Of a stretch of 64,000 nt of DNA, positions 17,703 through 27,072 are shown piece by piece. The stretch's first letter is position 1; each line of letters opens with the position of its first letter. The stretch is taken from positions 5,590 through 69,589 of the forward strand of contig CAINWP010000064.1 of assembly GCA_903854475.1 (NCBI GenBank). The letters run 5' to 3'. The notes under the pieces were generated by a model. The model had not been told where the DNA came from and did no database searches. It saw nothing but the letters and a program-made list of their open reading frames with translations. The translations under genes were made by a program, and so were the position numbers. The DNA comes from an uncultured Verrucomicrobiota bacterium. Lineage in GTDB: Bacteria; Verrucomicrobiota; Verrucomicrobiia; Limisphaerales; UBA9464.

Positions 17703-20411
17703 ATGATTCCTCGATCCGGTCTTTGGGTATGCCTGTTTCTGGCCTTGAGTTGGGTTCATGCGGCGGACGCCCCGCCGCTGAATGTGGTGTTGATGGTCGC
17801 CGATGATCTGGGGGCCCATGACCTGGCCGTCACCGGCAGTCGTTTTCACGAGACGCCCCACCTCGACCGGTTGGCTCGAGAGGGAGTTCGGTTCAACCAG
17901 GCCTATTCAGCGTGCACGGTGTGTTCACCGACACGGGCGGCACTCTTGACAGGCAAGTATCCGGCTCGACTCAAGATCACCGATTGGATCGCCGGCCATG
18001 ATGCCCCCAAGGCCAAGCTGCGCCCCCCAGCCGACTGGGTGAAGGCGCTGCCGCTGGCCGAGCAAACACTGGCGGAACGGGCCAAGGCCTCGGGCCGCGC
18101 CACGGCACACATTGGCAAGTGGCACTTGGGTGGGGAGGGGTTGGGCCCTCTGCAACAGGGCTTTGATGTGAACCTGGGTGGTGACCACCGAGGTCAGCCG
18201 CCCTCTTATTTCTCGCCGTATGGATTGCCGCAGCTTCCCGACGGCCCTCGTGGAGAATACCTCACCGATCGGGAGGGCGCTGAAGCGGCTGCCTTCATTC
18301 GTGGTCACCGGGATCAGCCGTTCTTCCTTCAGGTTGCGTTTCACTCGGTGCACACGCCGCTTCAGGCCAAGGCCGAGTTGGTAGAAAAATATCGCAAGAA
18401 AGCCCAGTCGGTCGGTGGCTCTCAGACCAATGCTGTGTATGCGGCGATGCTGGAGAGTCTTGATAGTGCTGTGGGGCGCGTGCTGAGCGCTCTCGACGAG
18501 GCGGGTCTCAATGGTCGAACTGTAGTCGTCTTCACTTCAGACAACGGCGGGCTGGTATTGGGGCAGAACCCTCCTACTTCCAACGCGCCGTTGCGCTCCG
18601 GCAAAGGGTCTCCTTACGAGGGAGGCATCCGTGTGCCGCTGGTGGTCCGATGGCCCGGAGTCACTGTCCCTCAAGGACAAGTGGAGCAACCGGTGATCTC
18701 CATGGACGTGGCAGCCACGATCGCCGCGGCGTTGTCGGCGACCCCTTTGGAAAATTTGGAGGATGGCGTGAATTTGACACGGATCCTGAAAGAGCCCTCG
18801 GCACGGCTTGGTCGCGAGGTGATCGGTTGGCACTACCCTCACTATCATCCCGGCGGGGCCTCGCCGTATTCAGCGATCCGGGCTGGGGATTGGAAGTTGA
18901 TCCAGTACTACGAGGATGGCCGTCATGAATTGTTCGATCTCGCCAAGGATCCCAGTGAGGCGCACGACCTGGCCGGCGAGCAACCGGCCCGCGTCATGGA
19001 ACTGGCACGACGCCTGTCCGACTGGCAGGGACGCGTCGGGGCCCAGTGGCCCCTGGCTAACTCGGATTATCACGCTCAGCCCCTGTCCGCCTCGGCGGAT
19101 GGGAGCGTGCTCCTTCACTCGCGCTCGGCCTCTGTGCACGGAACGGTGCTGCGGTATGAACCGATGCCCTTCAAGGACACGCTGGGTTGGTGGGGCCGCG
19201 CCGAGGATTGGGTGGATTGGAGTTTTGAGCTCAGCCAGGGAGGATCCTTTGAGGTGGAGGTGACTCAAGGTTGCGGGCGAGGGTCTGCAGGGAGCCAGGT
19301 TGAGTTGCGCATCGGGGATCAAGTGATTCCCTGGACCGTCGAAGAGACCGGGCATTTTCAGAACTTCATCGTCCGACGACTGGGTCGGGTGACCCTCACG
19401 CTCGGACGCCACACGCTGGCGGTGCATCCAACCCGCAAGGTGGGCGGGGCGGTGATGGATTTGCGGCAAATCCGCTTGGTGCCGGCGCGTGGCGAGACCT
19501 TGCCCACAGAGGCGGCCCGGATGGTTCGAGCGGCCTCCCGCATCGTAGTGTTGGGAGACAGCATCACCTACGCGGGTGAGTGGGTGGAGTTCTTGGAGGC
19601 CGGTTTGCGTCAGGTTCATGGCGACCATCACCCTGAGATCCTCAACTTGGGATTACCCAGCGAGACGGCCTCGGGTCTGTCTGAAGACGGGCATGCTGGT
19701 GGGGCGTTTCCGCGGCCGGATGTGCACGAGCGCTTGGGCCGGGTTCTCAGTCGTTTGAAGCCGGACTTGATTTTGGCCTGCTATGGGATGAATGACGGGA
19801 TCTATTTCCCTCTCGATGAATCGCGCTTCTCCAAGTTCCGCGATGGGATGCGGCGATTGCACGAAGTTGCGGCTCACGAAGGGGTTCGTGTTCTCCACCT
19901 GACGCCCCCAGTTTTTGATTCCCAGCCTTTGAAGGGGCGCACCCTGCCGACGGGTTTGAAGGCCTATCCGCAGCCCTTCGATGGATACGACTCTGTGTTA
20001 ACTGCCTACTCCCAATGGTTGGTGGGGCAGCAGACCAATGGTTGGCAGGTGGTGGATGTGCACGGCCCGATGCGCCAATTTTTGGACACCCGGAGATCCC
20101 AAGATCCGGAGTTCACGCTGTCGGGAGATGGTGTTCATGCCAATCGTCAGGGGCATTGGCTCATGGCCCGTGAAACCCTTCGAATGCTCGGTGCCGCGGG
20201 GTCGTGGATGGATGCGCTGAACCCGGAAGAATTGGTGGATCGTTCTCGTGGCTCACGCGATGGGTGGACTTTGATTCAGCGCCGTCAGCGTTTACTTAAG
20301 GATGCGGGGTTGAACTTCGTTGGTCACCAAAGGCCGGGCATGGCCCCTGGAAAACCATGGGAACAGGCACAATCGGAAGCCCGTGAAATTGGACTCGAAC
20401 TGAGTCGCTAA
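17703..20411 (+). CDS. Secreted fusion protein: S1-type sulfatase + beta-sandwich (CBM-like) + SGNH/GDSL hydrolase
   Basis: Signal peptide. Sulfatase domain at ~17778-19037 with the formylglycine motif 'CSPTRAALLTGKYP' (C-x-P-x-R at 17922-17936), 'FTSDNGG' and 'GKGSPYEGGIRVP'. Middle module at ~19086-19487. SGNH blocks: 'VVLGDSITYAG', 'CYGMNDG' and 'GDGVHANRQGH' (~19536-20192). Confidence 0.85.
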   Translation: MIPRSGLWVCLFLALSWVHAADAPPLNVVLMVADDLGAHDLAVTGSRFHETPHLDRLAREGVRFNQAYSACTVCSPTRAALLTGKYPARLKITDWIAGHDAPKAKLRPPADWVKALPLAEQTLAERAKASGRATAHIGKWHLGGEGLGPLQQGFDVNLGGDHRGQPPSYFSPYGLPQLPDGPRGEYLTDREGAEAAAFIRGHRDQPFFLQVAFHSVHTPLQAKAELVEKYRKKAQSVGGSQTNAVYAAMLESLDSAVGRVLSALDEAGLNGRTVVVFTSDNGGLVLGQNPPTSNAPLRSGKGSPYEGGIRVPLVVRWPGVTVPQGQVEQPVISMDVAATIAAALSATPLENLEDGVNLTRILKEPSARLGREVIGWHYPHYHPGGASPYSAIRAGDWKLIQYYEDGRHELFDLAKDPSEAHDLAGEQPARVMELARRLSDWQGRVGAQWPLANSDYHAQPLSASADGSVLLHSRSASVHGTVLRYEPMPFKDTLGWWGRAEDWVDWSFELSQGGSFEVEVTQGCGRGSAGSQVELRIGDQVIPWTVEETGHFQNFIVRRLGRVTLTLGRHTLAVHPTRKVGGAVMDLRQIRLVPARGETLPTEAARMVRAASRIVVLGDSITYAGEWVEFLEAGLRQVHGDHHPEILNLGLPSETASGLSEDGHAGGAFPRPDVHERLGRVLSRLKPDLILACYGMNDGIYFPLDESRFSKFRDGMRRLHEVAAHEGVRVLHLTPPVFDSQPLKGRTLPTGLKAYPQPFDGYDSVLTAYSQWLVGQQTNGWQVVDVHGPMRQFLDTRRSQDPEFTLSGDGVHANRQGHWLMARETLRMLGAAGSWMDALNPEELVDRSRGSRDGWTLIQRRQRLLKDAGLNFVGHQRPGMAPGKPWEQAQSEAREIGLELSR

Positions 20412-20463
20412 GAGGGCTGGGGCTACAAGTTAGAAGGAAACGGCATTTTTTTTAAAACCTCGC

Positions 20464-20492
20464 TTGACCCTCTAACCTGTTTTGGTCATAAC
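20464..20492 (+). promoter_or_regulatory. Possible sigma-70-type promoter for the PEP-CTERM gene
   Basis: TTGACC (20464-20469), a 17-nt spacer, then CATAAC (20487-20492), about 60 nt upstream of the ATG at 20556. This is a pattern match only. Confidence 0.25.
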
Positions 20493-20555
20493 ACTTTCAA
20501 AAGGACGGGTCACAAAGAGGGCTCTCCTCCGTCAAAACATAACCATTATCTGACC

Positions 20556-21263
20556 ATGATTCAGCGTTCGATTATTGCTGCTGCTGCAGCTCTCGCCCTC
20601 GCAATGACCTCGGCGTCTGCCGGAACCATTTTTTCGACCACCGGAACTGGTTCTCAGTTCTACGGTGTTGGAACCAGCATTTCCAACGGCCACCGCGGTT
20701 ACGAATACGGAGACGAGATCGTCCTTCCCTCCGAGGGATATTCCTTCACTGGATTGACCTTCGATTATTATTCCGCCTCGCTGGGTGGTTCGATGAACCT
20801 GAACATTTACGCCAACGATGGTCCCGTGATCAGTGGCTTTGCCTCCCCGGGCACCAAGCTTTTGAGCGTTCCGGGCATCGGCATTTCTTCGGGCGTGAAT
20901 ACTGCCACGTTCGACTACACTCCGTACGTGGCCCAGTATGGTGCTTTGAAGCTGCCGAAGGATTTCACGGTGACGGTGAGCTTCTCGGGTGCTAGCGCAG
21001 CAGCCGACCAGGGGTTGATTATTGGTGGCGCTGAATCCACGGTTGGTCGACCTCACTTGAACGTGGGTCAGTCGGGTTCTGATTTCTGGCAGAAGACCGG
21101 TCCGGGCAGCGGTGATTGGGCGCTTCGTGCTTTGAACTCCGCCCAAGAACCGAACTTCAAGTTCACCGTAACCGCCAATGTTCCGGAGCCCACCACGGTG
21201 GCTCTCGGTGTGGTTGGTGCAGCGTTCTTGGGTGCTTCCGCCCTCCGCCGTAACCGCCGCTAA
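20556..21263 (+). CDS. PEP-CTERM sorting-domain secreted protein
   Basis: Signal peptide 'AAAALALAMTSASA'. C-terminus 'VPEPTTVALGVVGAAFLGASALRRNRR' gives the PEP motif, a TM helix and a basic tail. Confidence 0.8.
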   Translation: MIQRSIIAAAAALALAMTSASAGTIFSTTGTGSQFYGVGTSISNGHRGYEYGDEIVLPSEGYSFTGLTFDYYSASLGGSMNLNIYANDGPVISGFASPGTKLLSVPGIGISSGVNTATFDYTPYVAQYGALKLPKDFTVTVSFSGASAAADQGLIIGGAESTVGRPHLNVGQSGSDFWQKTGPGSGDWALRALNSAQEPNFKFTVTANVPEPTTVALGVVGAAFLGASALRRNRR

Positions 21264-21324
21264 TCGGCGGTTTTAGGTTTTCACTTTCTTTATAGGCGCG
21301 ATGGCTTCCATCGCGCCTTTTTGT
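21254..21324 (+). terminator. Two consecutive terminator hairpins after the PEP-CTERM gene
   Basis: First hairpin: CCGCCG-ctaat-CGGCGG-TTTT (21254-21274), with the stop codon in the loop. Second hairpin: GGCGCGATGG-ctt-CCATCGCGCC-TTTTT (21295-21322). Confidence 0.6.
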
Positions 21325-21447
21325 TTATTGATGTGCCCGGCAGGGCGCACTTTTCGACGGGGCCACCCGAGTCAGAGCCTGCCCGAGTGAACCAGAGAAC
21401 TGGCAGAAGGATTGGACAAGGGGCTTGGTGTCCCTTTTGATTGCTTC

Positions 21448-23559
21448 ATGCGCTGGATCGGGTTGTTGCTTTCGTTGTGTTGGATGGTTGGACCGTCGGA
21501 AATAAGGGCTGAATCGGCCACTCGCGTTGAGTTGTGGGTCGATCAGTCCGCGGCCCGGCCCGGTTCAACGGTCACGGCAGCCGTCCGCCTTCAAATGGCA
21601 GAGGGTTGGCACATTTATTGGCGTAATCCGGGTGACGAAGTAGGGCTTAAGACTCGGGTCGAGTGGACCCTGCCACAGGGAGTTAAGGCGGGAGCCATGC
21701 AGTGGCCTCTTCCCGACAAGACCACCGAAAAAGAATTCGATACGCTCACCTACTCGGGGACCGTCGTGTTGTTGGTTCCCATTGAGATTCCTGCCGGCCA
21801 AGCGATGGGGGTCATGACGCTCAAGGCCAAGGTTCGATGGCTCGAATGTCATGAGGAATGTGTCCCAGGGAATACCACGGTTGAGACACAGGTCACGGTG
21901 GCTAGCCTAGATGAAGTTTCCGTCCATGCAGCGGAGATTCAGTCGGCGAGGCAACGTGTGCCGCGCACGGTTCAAGACGTTCCCGTTAGCGCGGCCTGGG
22001 AGGCTTCCGAGGGAGTTGCACCTCGTAAATTAGTGATTTCTTGGAAGCCCGGGTCTGGAGTTTCGGGGTTTGATGTATTTCCTTTCGAGGCGGTGGGAGG
22101 GGTTGCTCCGGTGTCAGTCAAAACCGAATGGCTCGATTCGGAGAATGGGTTCCTTCGCATTCGCAAGACGGTTCCTGCGGGGGACTCCAGGTGGCCCGAT
22201 CGATTGGAGGGGGTCTTGGTGCCGAAGGGGTCGGCGGCCGAACCGATAGAATTTAATGTGCCCATTGTGGCCGCATTGGCCGGCCTTGCGACCGCACGCC
22301 CCGAGCCTGTCTCCATGGCGGAGTTGCTCATCAAGCTGCTCTCGGCCTTCGTGGGTGGGCTCATTCTCAATGTGATGCCGTGCGTGCTGCCGGTCTTAGC
22401 GCTCAAGGTGCTGGGATTCGTGCAGCAGGCCAAGGAGGAGCCCCGGCGGGTGCGGACGCTCGGTTTGGTGTACGGGGCAGGGGTGTTGGTGTCGTTCTTG
22501 GTCTTGGCGAGTGTGGCTTTGGCGGTGCAGGCGGCGGGCGGTACGGCGAGTTGGAGTGCGCCCTTCCAGAGTCCCATCTTTCGAGTGCTGATCACGGTGC
22601 TCATCACTTTGGTAGCTCTGAATCTTTTTGGCGTGTTCGAGCTGACCTTGGGCGGATCGGCGATGCAAAAGGCTTCGGACCTTTCCTCAAAAGACGGGTG
22701 GAGTGGGGCCTTCTTTAATGGCGTTCTTGCGGCCGTTTTGGCAACTCCATGCACGGCGCCGTTCTTGGCTTCGGCACTCGCGTTCGCCTTCCTTCAGCCG
22801 CCTTTGGTGATTCTTTTGTTCTTTGTCGCCATCGGGGCGGGTCTGGCATTGCCGTTTGTGGCGTTGTGCTGGGAGCCGGCTTGGTTGCGTTTCTTGCCGA
22901 AGCCGGGTGTTTGGATGGTTCGTTTCAAGGTGGGCATGGGTTTCCCTATGCTGGCGACGGCGATGTGGTTGTTCTGGTTTACGGCCGGCCGTTTGGGTGA
23001 ATCGGGCACTGGCGTGTTGTGGTTCGGGTTGTTTTTGGTGGTCTTGGCCTCGGCGGCTTGGGTTTGGGGGGAGTTTGTGCAGCGTTCGACCCGGGGCCGA
23101 GGTTGGGCCATGGCCATCGCCGCGTTGCTGCTGCTCGCTGGATATTTCGGTTTTCTGGAGCGTCAATTGGATTGGCGCACGCCGGCGGGCCGGCGGGTCA
23201 AGGGGTTGGAGTGGCAGAAATGGAGTGCTGCTGCGGTCGAGCAAGCCCGTCGCGAGGGACATCCGGTGATGGTGGATTTCACGGCCGACAGTTGTCTTAA
23301 CTGCAAGTGGAATAAAGCGACGGCGATCGAGATCGATGCTACTCGGGCGCGCATTAAGGAATTGGGAGTTCGGGTCTTCGAGGGCGATTTCACTGATGGA
23401 GACCCAATTATCGCTGACGAACTCAAGAAGCATGGTCGCCGGGGTGTTCCTTTGGTTCTGATGTATTCTTCAGATGTGGCTAAGGCTCCGGAACTCCTGC
23501 CTGTGGTGCTGACACCGGGAATCGTGGATGAGGCCTTACTGCGAGCAGCCAAGCGTTGA
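21448..23559 (+). CDS. dsbD: Thiol:disulfide interchange / protein-disulfide reductase, DsbD/ScsB-like
   Basis: Signal peptide from the ATG at 21448 (the track start at 21412 is TTG). Periplasmic N-domain with 'WLECHEEC'. TM core with 'LNVMPCVLPVLALK' and 'TPCTAPFLASAL'. C-terminal thioredoxin fold 'VMVDFTADSCLNCKWNK'. Confidence 0.85.
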   Translation: MRWIGLLLSLCWMVGPSEIRAESATRVELWVDQSAARPGSTVTAAVRLQMAEGWHIYWRNPGDEVGLKTRVEWTLPQGVKAGAMQWPLPDKTTEKEFDTLTYSGTVVLLVPIEIPAGQAMGVMTLKAKVRWLECHEECVPGNTTVETQVTVASLDEVSVHAAEIQSARQRVPRTVQDVPVSAAWEASEGVAPRKLVISWKPGSGVSGFDVFPFEAVGGVAPVSVKTEWLDSENGFLRIRKTVPAGDSRWPDRLEGVLVPKGSAAEPIEFNVPIVAALAGLATARPEPVSMAELLIKLLSAFVGGLILNVMPCVLPVLALKVLGFVQQAKEEPRRVRTLGLVYGAGVLVSFLVLASVALAVQAAGGTASWSAPFQSPIFRVLITVLITLVALNLFGVFELTLGGSAMQKASDLSSKDGWSGAFFNGVLAAVLATPCTAPFLASALAFAFLQPPLVILLFFVAIGAGLALPFVALCWEPAWLRFLPKPGVWMVRFKVGMGFPMLATAMWLFWFTAGRLGESGTGVLWFGLFLVVLASAAWVWGEFVQRSTRGRGWAMAIAALLLLAGYFGFLERQLDWRTPAGRRVKGLEWQKWSAAAVEQARREGHPVMVDFTADSCLNCKWNKATAIEIDATRARIKELGVRVFEGDFTDGDPIIADELKKHGRRGVPLVLMYSSDVAKAPELLPVVLTPGIVDEALLRAAKR

Positions 23560-23643
23560 GCCTCGGTGCGCGGAGTGCCTGAACCTGCTGTTACCTGATC
23601 TGGGCTTGGGTTTTGGTTGATTGGGGTTGGAGTGCCTTGGGGG

Positions 23644-23770
23644 GGCGTCAGCGGGACTGGGCCTGCGCTCGCAGGGATCGTTCGGGAGGTTTGAGCTTTC
23701 GCGCTGTCGCGCTTTTGAGAAATAGGGTGCTTCGATCCAGTGCTCGCTGCGGTCCAGTCCCGCTGACGCC
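23644..23770. repeat. Long imperfect hairpin / inverted repeat in a GT-rich intergenic region
   Basis: A perfect 17-nt inverted repeat: GGCGTCAGCGGGACTGG (23644-23660) and CCAGTCCCGCTGACGCC (23754-23770). An inner GGATCG/CGATCC pairing lies at 23675-23680 / 23733-23738. Confidence 0.6.
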
Positions 23771-24021
23771 GGTGTGTGGCTGGGGGGTGGTGAGTTTTTC
23801 TTGGGGAGGGGTTGATGGGGAATTGGGTGTTGTGGAGTGGTGGCTGTGATCGCGGGTATTGGGGAGGGCTTTGTGCGGGAGATTTTTTTGTTGTCGTACA
23901 GGGCTGCTGGCCGCTGCTGGCATCGAAATCAATTGAGGGCTGGGTTTGCTGTCGGCCTGGGGTCATTCTTCTTCTTGTGAACTCTTCAGGCTGGGTCGCC
24001 GTGAGCAGGACTTCGGTCGCA

Positions 24022-27000
24022 ATGTCGGTGGCAATGTCGGTGGCTGTGGTAGTCGCTGGGACTTGCTGTGGTGCTGAGGCTGTGCCGTCGCCCAAGACCC
24101 GGGTGAGCTATTCGGAGGCCTACGGAAAAACCGATCGGGCGACGAATGTGGCTGCGGCTGACTTGGCTCGCTTCGCTCCGGTACCTCCCGATAAGGCCTT
24201 GGAGACGTTCCAGATTCGGAAGGGGTTCCGTCTGGAGTTGGCGGCGAGCGAGCCTCAGGTGGTCAGTCCGGTGTCGATGGCTTTTGACGAGGATGGCCGT
24301 GCGTTCGTCGCCGAAATGATCGATTACTCCGAGCGCCGGGATGAGAACCCTCATGCCGGGCGAATTCGGATGCTGGAGGATCTCGATGGCGATGGTCGCT
24401 TCGACCGTTCTACGGTCTTTGCCGATCACCTTCCTTGGCCGACGGCCCTGATTTGCTCTCGGGGTGGGGTGTACGTCGGAGCATCGCCAGACATCGTGTG
24501 GCTCAAAGACACGACGGGCGATGGTCGGGCTGACGAACGCCGCGTTGTGGTGAGCGGATTCGGCAGTGGGGTGGCCCGACTCAATGTTCAGGCACTTCTC
24601 AATTCATTCAATTGGGGGCTGGATCACCGCCTTTACGGGGCCACCGGTCCCAATGGGGGGAATCGTGTGGTTCGGTCCGGTGCGGAGGGGCCCGGGCTGG
24701 ATTTGCGGGGTTCGGATTTCAGCCTCGATCCTGGGACTGAGACGCTCCGTCCAGAGACGGGCGGTGGTCAGTACGGCCTTTCTTTCGACTCGGTTGGAAA
24801 TCGATTCGTGTCCAGCAACAGCGATCACCTCCAATGGATGGCCATGGACTGGGCGCATGTGGCACGCAATCCCTGGGTCGCCTTGCCGTCGCCGCGGGTG
24901 AGCATCGCTGCCGACGGACCTGCGGCTGAAGTCTTTAGGATTAGTCCTGATGAGCCGTGGCGGATTGTTCGGACGCGGTGGCGCATTAGTGGGGTAGTTC
25001 CGGGCATGGTCGAGGGTGGTGGGCGAGTCTCGGGTTATTTCACGGGTGCGACTGGGGCGACGGTGTACCGCGGTGATGCCTATGGCCCGGAGTTTTCCGA
25101 CAACGTCTTCATCGGCGATGCCGGGGGCAACCTGGTCCACCGGAAGGTGTTGAGGGCCGATGGGGTGGGCTGGGTGGCGCGTCGTCCTGCCGACGAGCAG
25201 GGTGTTGAGTTTCTGGCTTCGCGAGACACGTGGTTCCGCCCTGTGCATTTCCAGAATGGTCCGGATGGGTGCCTCTACATCGTAGACATGTACCGGGAGG
25301 TCATCGAGCACCCGTGGTCTATCCCCGAGGCCATCAAGCAGCATTTGGATCTTAACAGCGGCAATGACCGCGGACGCATTTGGCGGGTGGTTCCGGAGGG
25401 TTTCCGAAGACCGGCTCCGCGGCGGTGGAGCCAAGCTTCGGTGAGCCAGTGCGTGGCCGCTCTCGAAAGTCCAAATGGATGGGTTCGCGAGACAGCGTCG
25501 CGACTCATTCACGAACGTCAGGATCGTTCTGCCGTGCCGGAGTTGGAGCGGTTGCTCCAGCAATCCACCGTCCCGCTGGCCCGACTGCATGCTTTGTATT
25601 CGCTAGAGGGATTGAAGGCGCTGGAGGGGCTGCGCCACCTGACCATCGCCCTAGCCGACCGGGATGAACGGGTTCGTGAGCATGCCGTGAAATGGGTTGA
25701 GCCTCGGGTGACGGGTTCGGATCCGGCGGCCAAGAGCCTTCAAGGACGGCTCTTGAGCTTGGTGGAGGATCCGTCTCTGCGGGTCCGCTGCCAAGTGGCC
25801 CTGACCCTAGGGGCCTGGTCGGGTACAGAACGGAACAAAGCCTTGGCTCGCATCCTCCTGCGGGATGGGGAGCACTCGTGGGTGCAGGCAGCGGTCTTGA
25901 GCGGTCTCTCCACGGGTGCCGGAGAGGTGCTCGCACGTCTGGCTCAGGATTCGGGATTCATCCGGCGACCGCGCAGCGGTGAGTTCCTCGAAGCGATCGC
26001 GACAGTGATGGGTTCGCAAGGGCTTCCGGGTGACGTGGACCTTTTTCTGGACCGGGTGGCCAGTCCCGAGTGGTCCGCCCCGGCGCCTCGCATGGTTCGT
26101 GCCTTTCTCGAGGCGGCGGCCCGCTCCGGCAAGGCGGTGGTTTCCCGGGAGTCGGAGGAGCGCCTGCAGGAGCTGTTTCGATCCGCCATTGCCCGTTCCG
26201 CTGAGGAAGGGCTGCCAGAGGCCGATCGGGTCCGGGCAGTGGAGTTGCTCGCGGTGGGTCGTTCTGGCGAGGTGGTAGAACCGTTGAGCCGGTTGCTGCT
26301 GACGGACTCACCCCGCGTTCGTGCGGCGGTCATCCAGTCATTGGGGCGATTGAACGATCCGGGCGCGGCCGAACGGCTTCTCAAGCCATGGAAGGCTTAC
26401 CGGGCTGAGGATCGGGCGGCCGTGGTGGCGTTGCTCGCCAATCGCCCCGAGCGCGCCCAGGCGCTGCTGGCGGCGGTAGAACGAGGGGACGTTGGCCCCG
26501 CGGCGATCCCCGCGGCCACAGCCCGAAGCCTTCAGGCCCATTTGAACCCCGCTGTGGCGTTGGCCGCGCTGCAATGGCTCCCGAAGGAACCCTCCAGCGC
26601 CGATACTGTAGCCGCGCTCCAAGCGGCCTTGACCTTAACCGGTTCAACGGCCCGGGGAGGCCTGATCTTCCTTGAACGCTGTGCGGCCTGTCACCGTGCC
26701 GGTTCCGAGGGTCATGCCGTGGGGCCGGATTTGGTGACAGTGCGCACGGCAGGAAAAGCCAAATTGCTCACGAGCATGGTGCAACCGCATGCCGAGGTGG
26801 CCCCTCAATACATCGCCTTTGTAGTGGAAACACTGGACGGTGAAACTCACTCAGCCTTGATCACCCGGGAGACGCCGACTCATGTGACGTTGCGCCTCGG
26901 CGGCGGTCAGGAGCTCACTCTGGAGCGTCGAGCGGTCCGTTCCATGCGCAGCTCGGGGCAGTCGCTCATGCCCGAGGGTCTCCTTTCGGGGTTGTCCCTG

Positions 27001-27072
27001 GAGGCGGTGGCCGATGTGTTGGAGTTTGTTTCCAATGCTCCGGCTTCAGTGTCGCTCCCCTCAAAACCATGA
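24022..27072 (+). CDS. PVC-type 'membrane-bound dehydrogenase domain' - HEAT repeat - c-type heme (CxxCH) protein
   Basis: The N-terminal block 'FQIRKGFRLELAASEPQVVSPVSMAFDEDGRAFVAEMIDY' is the Pirellula/Verrucomicrobium N-terminal dehydrogenase-domain signature. HEAT-like repeats follow ('NGWVRETASRLI', 'DERVREHAVKWV', 'SLRVRCQVALTLG', 'SPRVRAAVIQSLG'). The C-terminal 'CAACH' lies at 26680-26694. The start is uncertain: ATG 24022 or 24034, versus the track start at 23812. Confidence 0.8.
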   Translation: MSVAMSVAVVVAGTCCGAEAVPSPKTRVSYSEAYGKTDRATNVAAADLARFAPVPPDKALETFQIRKGFRLELAASEPQVVSPVSMAFDEDGRAFVAEMIDYSERRDENPHAGRIRMLEDLDGDGRFDRSTVFADHLPWPTALICSRGGVYVGASPDIVWLKDTTGDGRADERRVVVSGFGSGVARLNVQALLNSFNWGLDHRLYGATGPNGGNRVVRSGAEGPGLDLRGSDFSLDPGTETLRPETGGGQYGLSFDSVGNRFVSSNSDHLQWMAMDWAHVARNPWVALPSPRVSIAADGPAAEVFRISPDEPWRIVRTRWRISGVVPGMVEGGGRVSGYFTGATGATVYRGDAYGPEFSDNVFIGDAGGNLVHRKVLRADGVGWVARRPADEQGVEFLASRDTWFRPVHFQNGPDGCLYIVDMYREVIEHPWSIPEAIKQHLDLNSGNDRGRIWRVVPEGFRRPAPRRWSQASVSQCVAALESPNGWVRETASRLIHERQDRSAVPELERLLQQSTVPLARLHALYSLEGLKALEGLRHLTIALADRDERVREHAVKWVEPRVTGSDPAAKSLQGRLLSLVEDPSLRVRCQVALTLGAWSGTERNKALARILLRDGEHSWVQAAVLSGLSTGAGEVLARLAQDSGFIRRPRSGEFLEAIATVMGSQGLPGDVDLFLDRVASPEWSAPAPRMVRAFLEAAARSGKAVVSRESEERLQELFRSAIARSAEEGLPEADRVRAVELLAVGRSGEVVEPLSRLLLTDSPRVRAAVIQSLGRLNDPGAAERLLKPWKAYRAEDRAAVVALLANRPERAQALLAAVERGDVGPAAIPAATARSLQAHLNPAVALAALQWLPKEPSSADTVAALQAALTLTGSTARGGLIFLERCAACHRAGSEGHAVGPDLVTVRTAGKAKLLTSMVQPHAEVAPQYIAFVVETLDGETHSALITRETPTHVTLRLGGGQELTLERRAVRSMRSSGQSLMPEGLLSGLSLEAVADVLEFVSNAPASVSLPSKP

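Noticed and set aside
23163-24095. A 310-aa minus-strand ORF spanning the dsbD 3' end and the following spacer.
   Set aside because: It is low-complexity and Pro/Thr/Gln-rich, being the complement of the GT-rich spacer. It overlaps the DsbD thioredoxin domain, so it is not credible as a gene.
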